Shown here piece after piece: positions 47,722-56,397 of a stretch of DNA of 64,000 bases; the first letter of the stretch is position 1, and each line of letters opens with the position of its first letter. Source of the stretch: an uncultured Acidaminococcales bacterium (lineage in GTDB: Bacteria; Bacillota; Negativicutes; Acidaminococcales; JAISLQ01); the NCBI GenBank assembly GCA_964551985.1, contig CAZKFG010000003.1, positions 3,821 to 67,820 of the forward strand, written 5' to 3'. Position numbers and translations under genes: made by a program. The notes below the pieces were generated by a model. That model was not told where the DNA came from and did not search any database. It saw only the letters and a list, made by a program, of their open reading frames with translations.

Positions 47722-49427
47722 TGTTATTTTCTAAATTATATGCACCAACGCTGCGCGAAGTGCCGGCAGAGGCGGAAGTTATAAGCCATAAACTGCTACT
47801 TAGAGCAGGTTTTATAAAAAAAGCTGCAGGTGGATTTTATACCTATCTACCACTAGCATGGCGAGTGTTGAAAAAAATAGAACAAATTGTGCGTGAAGAA
47901 ATGGATGCTAAAGATGGTCAAGAAATTTCTATGCCAATAGTTCAACCTGCTGAAATATGGCAAGAAAGTGGTCGTTGGTCTGTATACGGAGATGAGATGT
48001 TTCGTTTGACAGATAGGCATAAAAGACCTTTTTGTTTAGGTCCTACACATGAAGAAATGGTAACAACAATAGTAAAAAGTGACATAAGATCATATAAGCA
48101 GTTGCCGGTGCTTTTATATCAAATACAAAATAAATATCGTGACGAGAGACGTCCAAGATTTGGACTGATGCGTGGTCGTGAATTTATAATGAAAGATTTA
48201 TATTCTTTTGACCGCGATGAAGAAAAACTGGAAGTATCTTACCAAAAAATGTATGAAGCTTATACAAATGTGTTTAATCGTTGTGGCCTTGATTTTAGAC
48301 CTGTGGAAGCAGACTCTGGTGCAATTGGCGGTAGCGGCTCACATGAGTTTATGGTTTTAGCAAATAGTGGTGAAGCCGAAATTGTTTACTGTACAAATTG
48401 TGATTTTGCAGCAAATACTGAAAAAGCAGAGCTTAACACTATTGTCGAACAAGAAGAGCAAATGCTTTCTTTAGAAAAAGTACATACGCCAGATTGTACA
48501 ACAATAAAAGATGTTTGTGAATTTTTAAATTCACCTGTACACAAAAGTGTTAAAGCTGTTGCTTATGATAGTGATAAAGGACTTATTTTAGCCTTTGTTC
48601 GTGGTGATCATGAGGTAAACGAAATAAAAGTGCTTAATGCTGTTGGTGCAATAGATTTGACTATGGCTACAGAAGAAAGTCTGACGAAGGCTGGAACTGT
48701 TGCAGGTTATATGGGACTATTAGGTGAGAAAAAAGATGTTACAATAGTTGTTGACAGCACCATTATGAATATGCACAATTTTGTTTGTGGTGCTGACATT
48801 AGCGAATACCATTACAAAAATGTCAATCCAAAGCGTGATTTTAAAGCAAGTATTATAACCGATATACGTATGATTAGTGCAAATGATCCTTGTCAAAGAT
48901 GCGGCGGTAAGTTAGAAACTGCAAGAGGCATTGAAGTGGGTCAGGTATTTAAGTTGCACACTAAATACTCTGAGGCGCTATCGGCTACATTTTTAGATGA
49001 AAATGGCAAAGAAAAACCAATGGTTATGGGTTGCTATGGCATAGGTGTAAGTAGAACTATGGCAGCAGCCATTGAGCAAAATAATGATGAAAATGGTATG
49101 ATATGGCCCTTGTCAATAGCGCCATATCATGTTGTCGTAGTGCCTGTTAATGCTAAAAATCAAGAACAATTTGATTTATCTAAACAAATTTATGATACAC
49201 TCTGTAGCAATAACATAGAAACTGTCTTAGACGACAGACCAGAGCGTGCAGGGGTTAAATTTAAAGATGCCGATTTAATTGGTTACCCTATTCGCATAAC
49301 GATTAGCCCAAAAAGTATTGAAGAAGACCGAATAGAAATAAAAGTACGTAAAAATGGCGAAGTTATTTTTGCAAGTAAAGAAGATTATTTAGATAAGATA
49401 CAACAGCAACTAAAATTTTTAAAATAG
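47721..49427 (+). CDS. proS: Prolyl-tRNA synthetase (bacterial type with INS editing domain)
   Basis: 568 aa. It has class II motifs ([16 protein letters not shown]; GCYGIGVSR), a central editing insertion, and an anticodon-binding C-terminus. The start overlaps the ispG stop (TAATG), and there is no room for a T-box leader. Confidence 0.97.
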   Translation: MLFSKLYAPTLREVPAEAEVISHKLLLRAGFIKKAAGGFYTYLPLAWRVLKKIEQIVREEMDAKDGQEISMPIVQPAEIWQESGRWSVYGDEMFRLTDRHKRPFCLGPTHEEMVTTIVKSDIRSYKQLPVLLYQIQNKYRDERRPRFGLMRGREFIMKDLYSFDRDEEKLEVSYQKMYEAYTNVFNRCGLDFRPVEADSGAIGGSGSHEFMVLANSGEAEIVYCTNCDFAANTEKAELNTIVEQEEQMLSLEKVHTPDCTTIKDVCEFLNSPVHKSVKAVAYDSDKGLILAFVRGDHEVNEIKVLNAVGAIDLTMATEESLTKAGTVAGYMGLLGEKKDVTIVVDSTIMNMHNFVCGADISEYHYKNVNPKRDFKASIITDIRMISANDPCQRCGGKLETARGIEVGQVFKLHTKYSEALSATFLDENGKEKPMVMGCYGIGVSRTMAAAIEQNNDENGMIWPLSIAPYHVVVVPVNAKNQEQFDLSKQIYDTLCSNNIETVLDDRPERAGVKFKDADLIGYPIRITISPKSIEEDRIEIKVRKNGEVIFASKEDYLDKIQQQLKFLK

Positions 49428-49469
49428 TTTAGCACTTATTAGGATACCGAATTATAAGGAGGTTTTTCA

Positions 49470-50348
49470 ATGGCAAATCATGGTAAAAGTATAAACTTAT
49501 TTTTGATGGATGGAACTCCTAACGGTATCATTAAATGTAGCTTGGCTAATTGGACTGGTGTTGCATATAAAATTCCTCGTACAGAATTAGAAAAGTGTAA
49601 GGAAAGGGAAGAACTTTCTCAAAGCGGCATATATTTTCTGTTTGGAAAATCTGAGCAAAATGATGAGCAAGTTGTTTATATTGGTCAAGCAGGTGTTAGG
49701 AAAACTGGAGATGGTATTTTGTACAGATTACAAGAGCATAAGCGTAATCCAGACAAAGATTATTGGACAGAGGCTATTGTATTTACAACTTCTAATAATT
49801 CTTTTGGTCCTACTGAAATTAGTTATTTAGAGCATCGATTTTGTAAAATAGCAAATGAAGCCAAACGTTATTTTGTAAAAAATGCAAATGAACCTTCATT
49901 AGGCAATATAACAGAAGAAAAGGAATGTGAGCTAGAAGAATTTATTGATTATGCTAAAATTATTGTAGGTACATTAGGGCATAATTTATTTGAACCATTA
50001 ATCAAAAATGTTTTATCCAATGATAATAAAAAAGACTTAAAAATGTTTTATATAAAAAGAAAAAGTAAAGTAGGTACTTTTATAGATGCACGTGGAATTC
50101 AAACAAACGAAGGTTTTGTTGTATTAAAAGGGAGTACAATAAACTTGAAAGAAACACCTAGCTTACAAAATAATGTCAAGAAGTTTCGTAAAGAAATAAA
50201 TATAGATAGTAATGGAATATTACAAGAAGATGTTCTTTTTAGTAGTCCATCTTATGCTGCTTGTTTGGTGCTAGGTCGTTCAGCTAACGGACTAATCGAA
50301 TGGAAAAATAAAGATGGAAAAATATTAAAAGAAATAGAAAACAGTTGA
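49470..50348 (+). CDS. GIY-YIG nuclease-family protein with a C-terminal DUF4357-like domain (accessory insertion between proS and polC)
   Basis: The N-terminal half carries GIY (SGIYFLFG) and YIG (VVYIGQA), followed by R (YRLQEH) and E (ISYLEHRF). The C-terminus (ARGIQTNEGFVVLKGS...SPSYAACLVLGRSANGLIEWKNKDGK) resembles DUF4357 as I remember it. The SD AAGGAGG is upstream. Confidence 0.75.
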   Translation: MANHGKSINLFLMDGTPNGIIKCSLANWTGVAYKIPRTELEKCKEREELSQSGIYFLFGKSEQNDEQVVYIGQAGVRKTGDGILYRLQEHKRNPDKDYWTEAIVFTTSNNSFGPTEISYLEHRFCKIANEAKRYFVKNANEPSLGNITEEKECELEEFIDYAKIIVGTLGHNLFEPLIKNVLSNDNKKDLKMFYIKRKSKVGTFIDARGIQTNEGFVVLKGSTINLKETPSLQNNVKKFRKEINIDSNGILQEDVLFSSPSYAACLVLGRSANGLIEWKNKDGKILKEIENS

Positions 50349-50360
50349 AGGCTTCAAGTT

Positions 50361-50386
50361 AAAAAGCGGTTTTTAAACCGCTTTTT
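50361..50386. terminator. Symmetric (A5-stem-T5) rho-independent terminator after the GIY-YIG gene
   Basis: The sequence is AAAAAGCGGTT-tTTa-AACCGCTTTTT. It ends the uppS...proS-GIY-YIG transcription unit. Confidence 0.85.
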
Positions 50387-50389
50387 AAT

Positions 50390-50418
50390 TTGTGCAAAAT
50401 TGTTTTTTTTGCTATAAT
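50390..50418 (+). promoter_or_regulatory. Candidate sigmaA promoter of polC (-35 TTGTGC, 17-nt spacer, extended -10 TGcTATAAT)
   Basis: The hexamers were read directly. They lie about 60 nt upstream of the polC ATG and immediately after the terminator. Confidence 0.55.
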
Positions 50419-50476
50419 ACAATATATTGTCTCATGATTTTTTAAAAAATACTACATACTGTTTAGGTGGGTTAAA

Positions 50477-53400
50477 ATGTTTATAGATTATTGTCTTTTT
50501 CCGCAAAATGATAGTTGTTTTGAAGATTATTTAGCTAATTTAGATGAAAAAATAGATTGTACTGAAAATGTAAAAGTTTTGAAAGTAAACGTTTCTTTAA
50601 AAGATAATTGCTGGCAGATAGTTGCTGAAAAAAATAATTTATCTCAAGAAGTATTGGATGATTTTTCGACTTTTCTATGTCAAAAACATAGTATTGATAA
50701 AGTTGTTTTTACTTTTGCTGATGAAAATGAATGCTTGCTAGAGTTTATTAAGAGCTATTTATTAAAACGTATTTTTGAAAATCATCAAGAACTTTGTCCT
50801 GTTTTGCAACAAAGTGTTTGGCAGCTAGAGAATAATAATTTAAATATAATTCTTGATAGCAAGTTTTTTTTAGAACGTATGAAAAAGAAAAAAATTGATA
50901 ATTTTTTGATTGACATTCTAAAAAATGATTTAAATAAAGAAATCGCAATTAATTTTTTAGTTATAGAAAAAACCGTTGAACAACAAGAACAGGATTTTGA
51001 GCAAGAGCTAGAAAAAGAGCTAGAGCAGATACAAAAAGAAGTTTGTGCAGTTAAAAAACCTGTTCAAGATGGATTGATTTATGGTAAATCTTTTAAAGGT
51101 GATCCTGTTAAAATATCTAGTATTCAAGAAGAAGAAAGTAAAGTAATTATTCAAGGAAACATTAATAAAATCGACTGTAGAGAGCTAAGAACAGGTCGTA
51201 TAGCTTTAAAATTTAGCATTGCTGATGATACAGATGGTATTAATGCCAAGATATTTTTTGAAAGTAAAGAACAGTTTAATAGAGAAGCAAGTAATATAAA
51301 AGAAGGTTTGTATGTTAAAATAAGTGGTTATGTACAAAGTGATAGATTTGAACGCAATGACCTTATTCTTACACCTAAAGGTATAATGCTTTTGCAAAAA
51401 CAGTTGCGGATGGATGATGCTCAAGAAAAAAGAGTAGAATTTCATGCTCATACTAAGATGAGCGCACTAGATGCTGTTATGGGTATTAAAGATTATATCA
51501 AATGTGCAGCTAGGTGGGGTCATAGCGCAGTCACTATTACAGATCACGGTGTAGTCCAAGCATTTCCAGAAGCGTATGACGTTGCTAAAAAAGAGAAAAT
51601 TAAACCGATTTTTGGTATGGAAGGATATATGGTAGAAGCAAATGAAGAAAAAAGTACTTCATATCATATAGTTATTTTGGCAAAAAATCAAAAAGGATTG
51701 TTTAACCTATACAAATTAATTTCATTATCACATTTAAAGTATTTTTACAAAAGGCCAAGAATTCCAAGAACTTTAATTGAAGAATATCGTGAAGGACTTA
51801 TTTTAGGTTCAGCTTGCGAAGCAGGAGATTTATATCAGGCTTTTTTAAACAATCAATCGGAAGAACAAATTGAAAAAATTGCTAGTTTTTATGATTATCT
51901 TGAAATACAGCCAAACGGTAACAATCAATTTTTAATAAGGCAAGGAAAAATTGGCAGTGAAAAAGAACTTTGTGAGATAAACAAAAAAATTGTGCAGCTT
52001 GGTAAAAAACTTGGTAAACCAGTTATTGCAACTTGTGATGTGCATTTTTTAAACCCGGAAGATGAAATGTACAGACGCATTTTGCAGGCAGGTCAAGGTT
52101 ATAGTGATGCCGACGAGCAAGCGCCTTTGTTTTTTAGAACAACCCAAGAAATGCTCGATGAGTTTTCTTATTTAGGTGAAGATTGTTATGATGTTGTTGT
52201 TACAAATACAAGAAAAATAGCAGGTTTAATAGATAATATAAAACCAATTCCAGAAGAATTGTATTCGCCACAAATTTCTGGTGCTGCTGATGATGTTACT
52301 AATATGTCCTATAGTACAGCGAAAAGACTTTATGGTGAAAATTTGCCGCAAATTGTTGTTGATAGACTGAAGTTAGAACTCAATTCAATTGTTGGCAATG
52401 GCTTTTCAGAACTATACTTAATAGCTCACAAGCTTGTTAAAAAATCGCTTGATGATGGCTACCTGGTAGGGTCTAGGGGTTCTGTTGGTTCTTCTTTTGT
52501 TGCAACAATGATGAATATTACAGAGGTAAACCCTCTACAACCTCATTATCGCTGTGCTAAGTGTAACTACAGTGAATTTATTACTGACGGTAGCTATGGA
52601 TCAGGTTTTGATTTGCCTGATAAAGCTTGTCCACATTGTAGTGAAAATTTGCAAAAAGATGGTCATGATATACCGTTTGCTGTATTTTTAGGCTTTCATG
52701 GTGATAAAGTTCCTGATATAGACCTGAATTTTTCTGGAGAATATCAAGCTCAAGCACACAAGTATACAGAAGAACTATTTGGCAGAGCAAACGTATTTAG
52801 AGCAGGCACTATTTCTACAATAGCCGACAAAACTGCAGCAGGATTTGCTAAAAAATATTATGAAGAAAGAGCCGTTACTGTAAGAAACGCACGTATTGAT
52901 TGTTTGATACCTGGCTGCACTGGCGTAAAAAGAACTACAGGTCAACATCCTGGCGGAATAATGGTTGTTCCTCGTGATATGGATGTGCATTACTTTACGC
53001 CTGTACAAAGACCTGCTGATGATAGTAGCTCTGACACAATTACAACTCATTTTGACTATCATTCTATAAGTGATAGGCTTGTCAAATTAGATATTTTAGG
53101 TCACGACGATCCGACCGTTATTAAAATGCTAGAAGATATGATAGGTTTGTCAGCTAAAGATATCCCTTTTGGTGACGAAAAAACTGTGTCTATATTTTCT
53201 TCTACTGAAGCTATAGGCTTGACTCCAGAACAATTAGGCTCTAGTGTTGCCACTTTAGGTATACCTGAATTTGGCACACGGTTTGTACGGCAGATGTTAG
53301 AAGATACAAGACCGAAATGTTTTAGTGAGCTAGTGCGTATTAGTGGTTATTCACACGGCACCGATGTGTGGATTAAAAACGCGCAAGATTTGATTAAAGA

Positions 53401-54133
53401 CGGTATAGCTAAGGTGTCTGAGACAATTGCAGCTCGTGATGACATAATGATTTTTCTTATGCAAAAGGGTGTCGAGCCACTAACTTCTTTTAAAGTAATG
53501 GAAGACGTTAGAAAAGGTAAAGGCGTAAAGGATGAATACCAAAAGCAGATGCGCTCTAACAAAGTGCCTGAATGGTATATCGAATCTTGCAATAAAATAA
53601 AATATATGTTTCCTAAAGCTCACGCTGTTGCTTATGTTATGATGGCGTATCGCATAGCTTATTGCAAGGTTTATCATCCGGTAGAATTTTATGCAGCATA
53701 TTTTAGTATTAGGGCGGATGATTTTGATGCTCAACTTGTTATGCAAGGGACTAGCTTCATTAAAAATTATATAAAACAGGTAGAAGATAAAGGTAAAGAA
53801 GCATCAGAAAAAGAAAAACGAATAGTTACAATATTAGAACTTGCTTATGAGATGCAAATGAGAGGGATTAATTTTAAGCATGTTGATGTATATAAATCTG
53901 ATGCGACTAAGTTTTTGATATTTCCTGATGGAATTTTGCCACCACTTACAGCACTTGCCGGACTTGGTAAAAATGCAGCTGAAAATATTTGTAAAGCTAG
54001 GGAATGTAATCAGTTTATATCCAAAGATGATTTTAGACTAAAAACAGGTATATCAAAACCAGTGCTAGAGCTATTGACAAGTCAAGGCTGTCTAGACTCA
54101 TTACCAGACAGCAATCAAATAAGTTTATTTTAG
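50477..54133 (+). CDS. polC: DNA polymerase III alpha subunit, PolC type, atypically lacking the intra-PHP 3'-5' exonuclease domain
   Basis: A 1218-aa continuous ORF. PolC-specific features are an OB-fold region, PHP motifs (RVEFHAHT, TDHGVVQAF, FGMEGY, YHIVILAKNQKG, GSACEAG, CDVHFLNPED), the palm motif DDGYLVGSRGSVGSSFVA, a zinc module CAKC...CPHC, DIDLNFSGEYQ, KRTTGQHPGGIMVVP, LDILGHDDPT, IPEFGTRFVRQML, KYMFPKAHAVAYV, and the terminal NQISLF. Only about 10 residues link FGMEGYMVE to YHIVIL. Confidence 0.93.
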   Translation: MFIDYCLFPQNDSCFEDYLANLDEKIDCTENVKVLKVNVSLKDNCWQIVAEKNNLSQEVLDDFSTFLCQKHSIDKVVFTFADENECLLEFIKSYLLKRIFENHQELCPVLQQSVWQLENNNLNIILDSKFFLERMKKKKIDNFLIDILKNDLNKEIAINFLVIEKTVEQQEQDFEQELEKELEQIQKEVCAVKKPVQDGLIYGKSFKGDPVKISSIQEEESKVIIQGNINKIDCRELRTGRIALKFSIADDTDGINAKIFFESKEQFNREASNIKEGLYVKISGYVQSDRFERNDLILTPKGIMLLQKQLRMDDAQEKRVEFHAHTKMSALDAVMGIKDYIKCAARWGHSAVTITDHGVVQAFPEAYDVAKKEKIKPIFGMEGYMVEANEEKSTSYHIVILAKNQKGLFNLYKLISLSHLKYFYKRPRIPRTLIEEYREGLILGSACEAGDLYQAFLNNQSEEQIEKIASFYDYLEIQPNGNNQFLIRQGKIGSEKELCEINKKIVQLGKKLGKPVIATCDVHFLNPEDEMYRRILQAGQGYSDADEQAPLFFRTTQEMLDEFSYLGEDCYDVVVTNTRKIAGLIDNIKPIPEELYSPQISGAADDVTNMSYSTAKRLYGENLPQIVVDRLKLELNSIVGNGFSELYLIAHKLVKKSLDDGYLVGSRGSVGSSFVATMMNITEVNPLQPHYRCAKCNYSEFITDGSYGSGFDLPDKACPHCSENLQKDGHDIPFAVFLGFHGDKVPDIDLNFSGEYQAQAHKYTEELFGRANVFRAGTISTIADKTAAGFAKKYYEERAVTVRNARIDCLIPGCTGVKRTTGQHPGGIMVVPRDMDVHYFTPVQRPADDSSSDTITTHFDYHSISDRLVKLDILGHDDPTVIKMLEDMIGLSAKDIPFGDEKTVSIFSSTEAIGLTPEQLGSSVATLGIPEFGTRFVRQMLEDTRPKCFSELVRISGYSHGTDVWIKNAQDLIKDGIAKVSETIAARDDIMIFLMQKGVEPLTSFKVMEDVRKGKGVKDEYQKQMRSNKVPEWYIESCNKIKYMFPKAHAVAYVMMAYRIAYCKVYHPVEFYAAYFSIRADDFDAQLVMQGTSFIKNYIKQVEDKGKEASEKEKRIVTILELAYEMQMRGINFKHVDVYKSDATKFLIFPDGILPPLTALAGLGKNAAENICKARECNQFISKDDFRLKTGISKPVLELLTSQGCLDSLPDSNQISLF

Positions 54134-54150
54134 CAAATACAAGTTTTTGC

Positions 54151-54179
54151 TTGTATTATCGCAAAAAAAGTGTTATAAT
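54151..54179 (+). promoter_or_regulatory. Candidate sigmaA promoter of the rimP-nusA-infB operon (-35 TTGTAT, 17-nt spacer, extended -10 TGtTATAAT)
   Basis: The hexamers were read directly at 54151-54156 and 54171-54179. Confidence 0.5.
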
Positions 54180-54207
54180 ATGAAAAGAATTTAAATTTTG
54201 CTTAGCA

Positions 54208-54232
54208 AAGAGTGGGTAAAAACCCACTCTTT
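54208..54232 (+). promoter_or_regulatory. Terminator-like hairpin in the rimP-nusA leader (10-bp stem AAGAGTGGGT/ACCCACTCTT, 4-nt loop, short T run)
   Basis: The inverted repeat was read directly. It lies between the candidate promoter and the rimP start, so it is a possible attenuator. Confidence 0.55.
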
Positions 54233-54269
54233 CAGCTTATTTATAGTACTTGATAGATTTTAACGTATT

Positions 54270-54737
54270 TTGGAAGGAGAGTTTTTTCTGTCAAAAAAAG
54301 ATGTAGAACAAAAAGTGGAGCAAATAGTTTTAGAGATTATTAAAGATTTGCAAATTGAATTGGTAGACGTTGAGTATGTTCGTGAAGGACAGTGGTATTT
54401 ACGCATTTTTTTAGATAAAGATGGTGGGATAGAAATTGATGACTGTCAAAGTATCAGTGAACGGATGACTGATATTTTAGACGAGCAAGATTTTATAAAA
54501 GAGAGCTATTATTTAGAAGTATCTTCACCCGGCTTAGATCGTAAGCTAAGAAAAGAGCGGGATTTTGTAAAACATAAAGGTCAGATAGTTGAAGTTAAAA
54601 TAAGAAAAGAAAAAAATATTTTAGTAGGTATTTTAGGCGATTTTTCCGATGAATTCATGGAATTTATTGTTGATGGTGAGCCAAAACAAGTAAATCGCAA
54701 AGACATAACATCAATTAGACTACATTTAGATTTTTAA
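54270..54737 (+). CDS. rimP: Ribosome maturation factor RimP
   Basis: Motifs are LVDVEYVREGQWYLRIFLDKDGGIEIDDCQSISE and YYLEVSSPGLDRKL. The start is uncertain: the TTG at 54270 overlaps the SD-like GGAAGGAG, and a CTG lies at 54288. Confidence 0.88.
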   Translation: MEGEFFLSKKDVEQKVEQIVLEIIKDLQIELVDVEYVREGQWYLRIFLDKDGGIEIDDCQSISERMTDILDEQDFIKESYYLEVSSPGLDRKLRKERDFVKHKGQIVEVKIRKEKNILVGILGDFSDEFMEFIVDGEPKQVNRKDITSIRLHLDF

Positions 54738-54760
54738 ACGTAAAAATAGGAGGATATAAA

Positions 54761-55807
54761 GTGAATACAGAATTACTCAATGCCTTTAGTGAACTTGGCA
54801 GAGAAAAGGGGATTGTACCAGAAATACTATTTGATGCAGTAGAGGCGGCTTTAATAGCGGCATACAGGAAAAACTTTGGTTCTGCTCAAAACGTTCGTGT
54901 GGCACTTGATCGTAAAACAGGAAGCATGAAAGTTTATTCGAGAAAAATAGTCGTAGATAAGATAGATGATGCTTATTTAGAAATACTTTTAGATGACGCA
55001 AGAAAAATAGATCCGCGTTATCAGTTGCAAGATATTATAGAGACAGAAGTTACTCCAAGAAATTTTGGCAGAATTGCTGCTCAAACTGCAAAACAAGTAG
55101 TAGTACAAAGAATACGCGAAATTGAACGTGGACTTGTATATGAGAAGTTTTCTAATCGTGAAAGTGATATTGTTACAGGCTTAATACAAAGAGTAGAAAA
55201 TAAAAATGTTTATATAGATTTAGGTAAAGCAGAAGCTATATTAGTACCAAATGAGCAAATAGAAGGCGAGATATATCGTCCGTTAGAGAGAATAAAAACA
55301 TATATTATCGAAGTTAAAAAGACCAGCAAAGGTCCCCAGATAATGGTCTCTCGCACACACCCTGGATTGTTAAAGCGTCTTTTTGAATTAGAGGTTCCTG
55401 AAATTCACGATGGTTTGGTAGAGATAAAATCTGTTGCTAGAGAGCCTGGTATGCGTTCTAAAATATCAGTGTATTCAAAGGACGAAAATGTTGATCCTGT
55501 AGGTTCTTGTGTAGGACATAAGGGTATGAGAGTACAGACTGTTGTCAACGAACTTCGTGGCGAGAAAATCGACATAGTAAAATATAGCACAGACCCTGCA
55601 GAATATGTAGCAAATGCACTTAGTCCTGCAAAAGTGGTGCTTGTAGAGGCCAGTACTAATGAGAAGGTATGTCAGGTTGTAGTGCCGGAATATCAATTGT
55701 CTTTAGCAATAGGTAAAGAAGGTCAAAATGCCAGACTTGCTGCTAAATTAACTGGTTGGAAAATAGATATAAAAAGTGATAACAATGCTAGCATTGAGGA
55801 GGTATAA
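54761..55807 (+). CDS. nusA: Transcription termination/antitermination factor NusA (348 aa, no AR C-terminal extension)
   Basis: It has an N-terminal RNAP-binding domain, S1 (GLIQRVENKNVYIDLG), and KH1/KH2 (CVGHKGMRVQTVVNELRGEKIDIV; LSLAIGKEGQNARLAAKLTGWKIDI). The start is GTG after AGGAGG. Confidence 0.96.
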   Translation: MNTELLNAFSELGREKGIVPEILFDAVEAALIAAYRKNFGSAQNVRVALDRKTGSMKVYSRKIVVDKIDDAYLEILLDDARKIDPRYQLQDIIETEVTPRNFGRIAAQTAKQVVVQRIREIERGLVYEKFSNRESDIVTGLIQRVENKNVYIDLGKAEAILVPNEQIEGEIYRPLERIKTYIIEVKKTSKGPQIMVSRTHPGLLKRLFELEVPEIHDGLVEIKSVAREPGMRSKISVYSKDENVDPVGSCVGHKGMRVQTVVNELRGEKIDIVKYSTDPAEYVANALSPAKVVLVEASTNEKVCQVVVPEYQLSLAIGKEGQNARLAAKLTGWKIDIKSDNNASIEEV

Positions 55808-55815
55808 GAAATTGT

Positions 55816-56079
55816 ATGAAAGTAAAAAAAACACCTCAAAGAATGTGTGTTGGTTGTCAACAAATGAAATCAAAAAAGGAATTGCTCAGAATTGTCAGAA
55901 CACCTGAAGGTGAAATAACAATAGATAAAACTGGCAAAAAATCTGGTCGTGGTGCTTATGTTTGTGCTGATGAAGCGTGTATTAACAAGGCATACAAAGA
56001 AAAGCGATTGGAAAAAGCACTTGAAAAAAGCATCGATGGTGAAATATACAAAAATTTGCTTGGTGATTTAGCAAAATGA
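55816..56079 (+). CDS. ylxR: YlxR/RnpM-family RNA-binding protein (DUF448)
   Basis: The sequence PQRMCVGCQQMKSKKELLRIV...GRGAYVC is the DUF448 signature. It lies between nusA and infB. Confidence 0.9.
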   Translation: MKVKKTPQRMCVGCQQMKSKKELLRIVRTPEGEITIDKTGKKSGRGAYVCADEACINKAYKEKRLEKALEKSIDGEIYKNLLGDLAK

Positions 56080-56378
56080 GTAAAATAGAATTTGCCTTAG
56101 GGTTGGCACAAAAAGCAGGAAAGCTTGCTACTGGTGATACAGCAGTAAGTTTTGCAGTCAAATCTGGTAGAGCATATTTAATTTTAGTAGCACAAGATGC
56201 GTCTTCAAACTCACAAAAATATGTAACAGATATGGCAAAAAATAATGATACACCTGTTGTGGTGTGTTTGAGTAAAGATAGATTAGGACAAGCTATTGGT
56301 AAGGCACAACGAACAGCTGTGGCAATCTTAGATAAGAACTTTGCCCAGATGGTGCGAAAGAGTTTGGAGCAAGAATAA
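56076..56378 (+). CDS. ylxQ: L7Ae-family RNA-binding protein YlxQ
   Basis: 100 aa with LGLAQKAGKLATG...LILVAQDAS...LGQAIGK. It has the conserved position before infB. Confidence 0.88.
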   Translation: MSKIEFALGLAQKAGKLATGDTAVSFAVKSGRAYLILVAQDASSNSQKYVTDMAKNNDTPVVVCLSKDRLGQAIGKAQRTAVAILDKNFAQMVRKSLEQE

Positions 56379-56397
56379 AAGTTTTGGAGGTGGATAG

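Noticed and set aside
54136-54157. AT-rich hairpin AATACAAG-tttttg-CTTGTATT right after the polC stop
   Set aside because: The stem is weak and no T-tract follows. Its 3' arm doubles as the proposed -35 of the rimP promoter. It is not convincing as a terminator.
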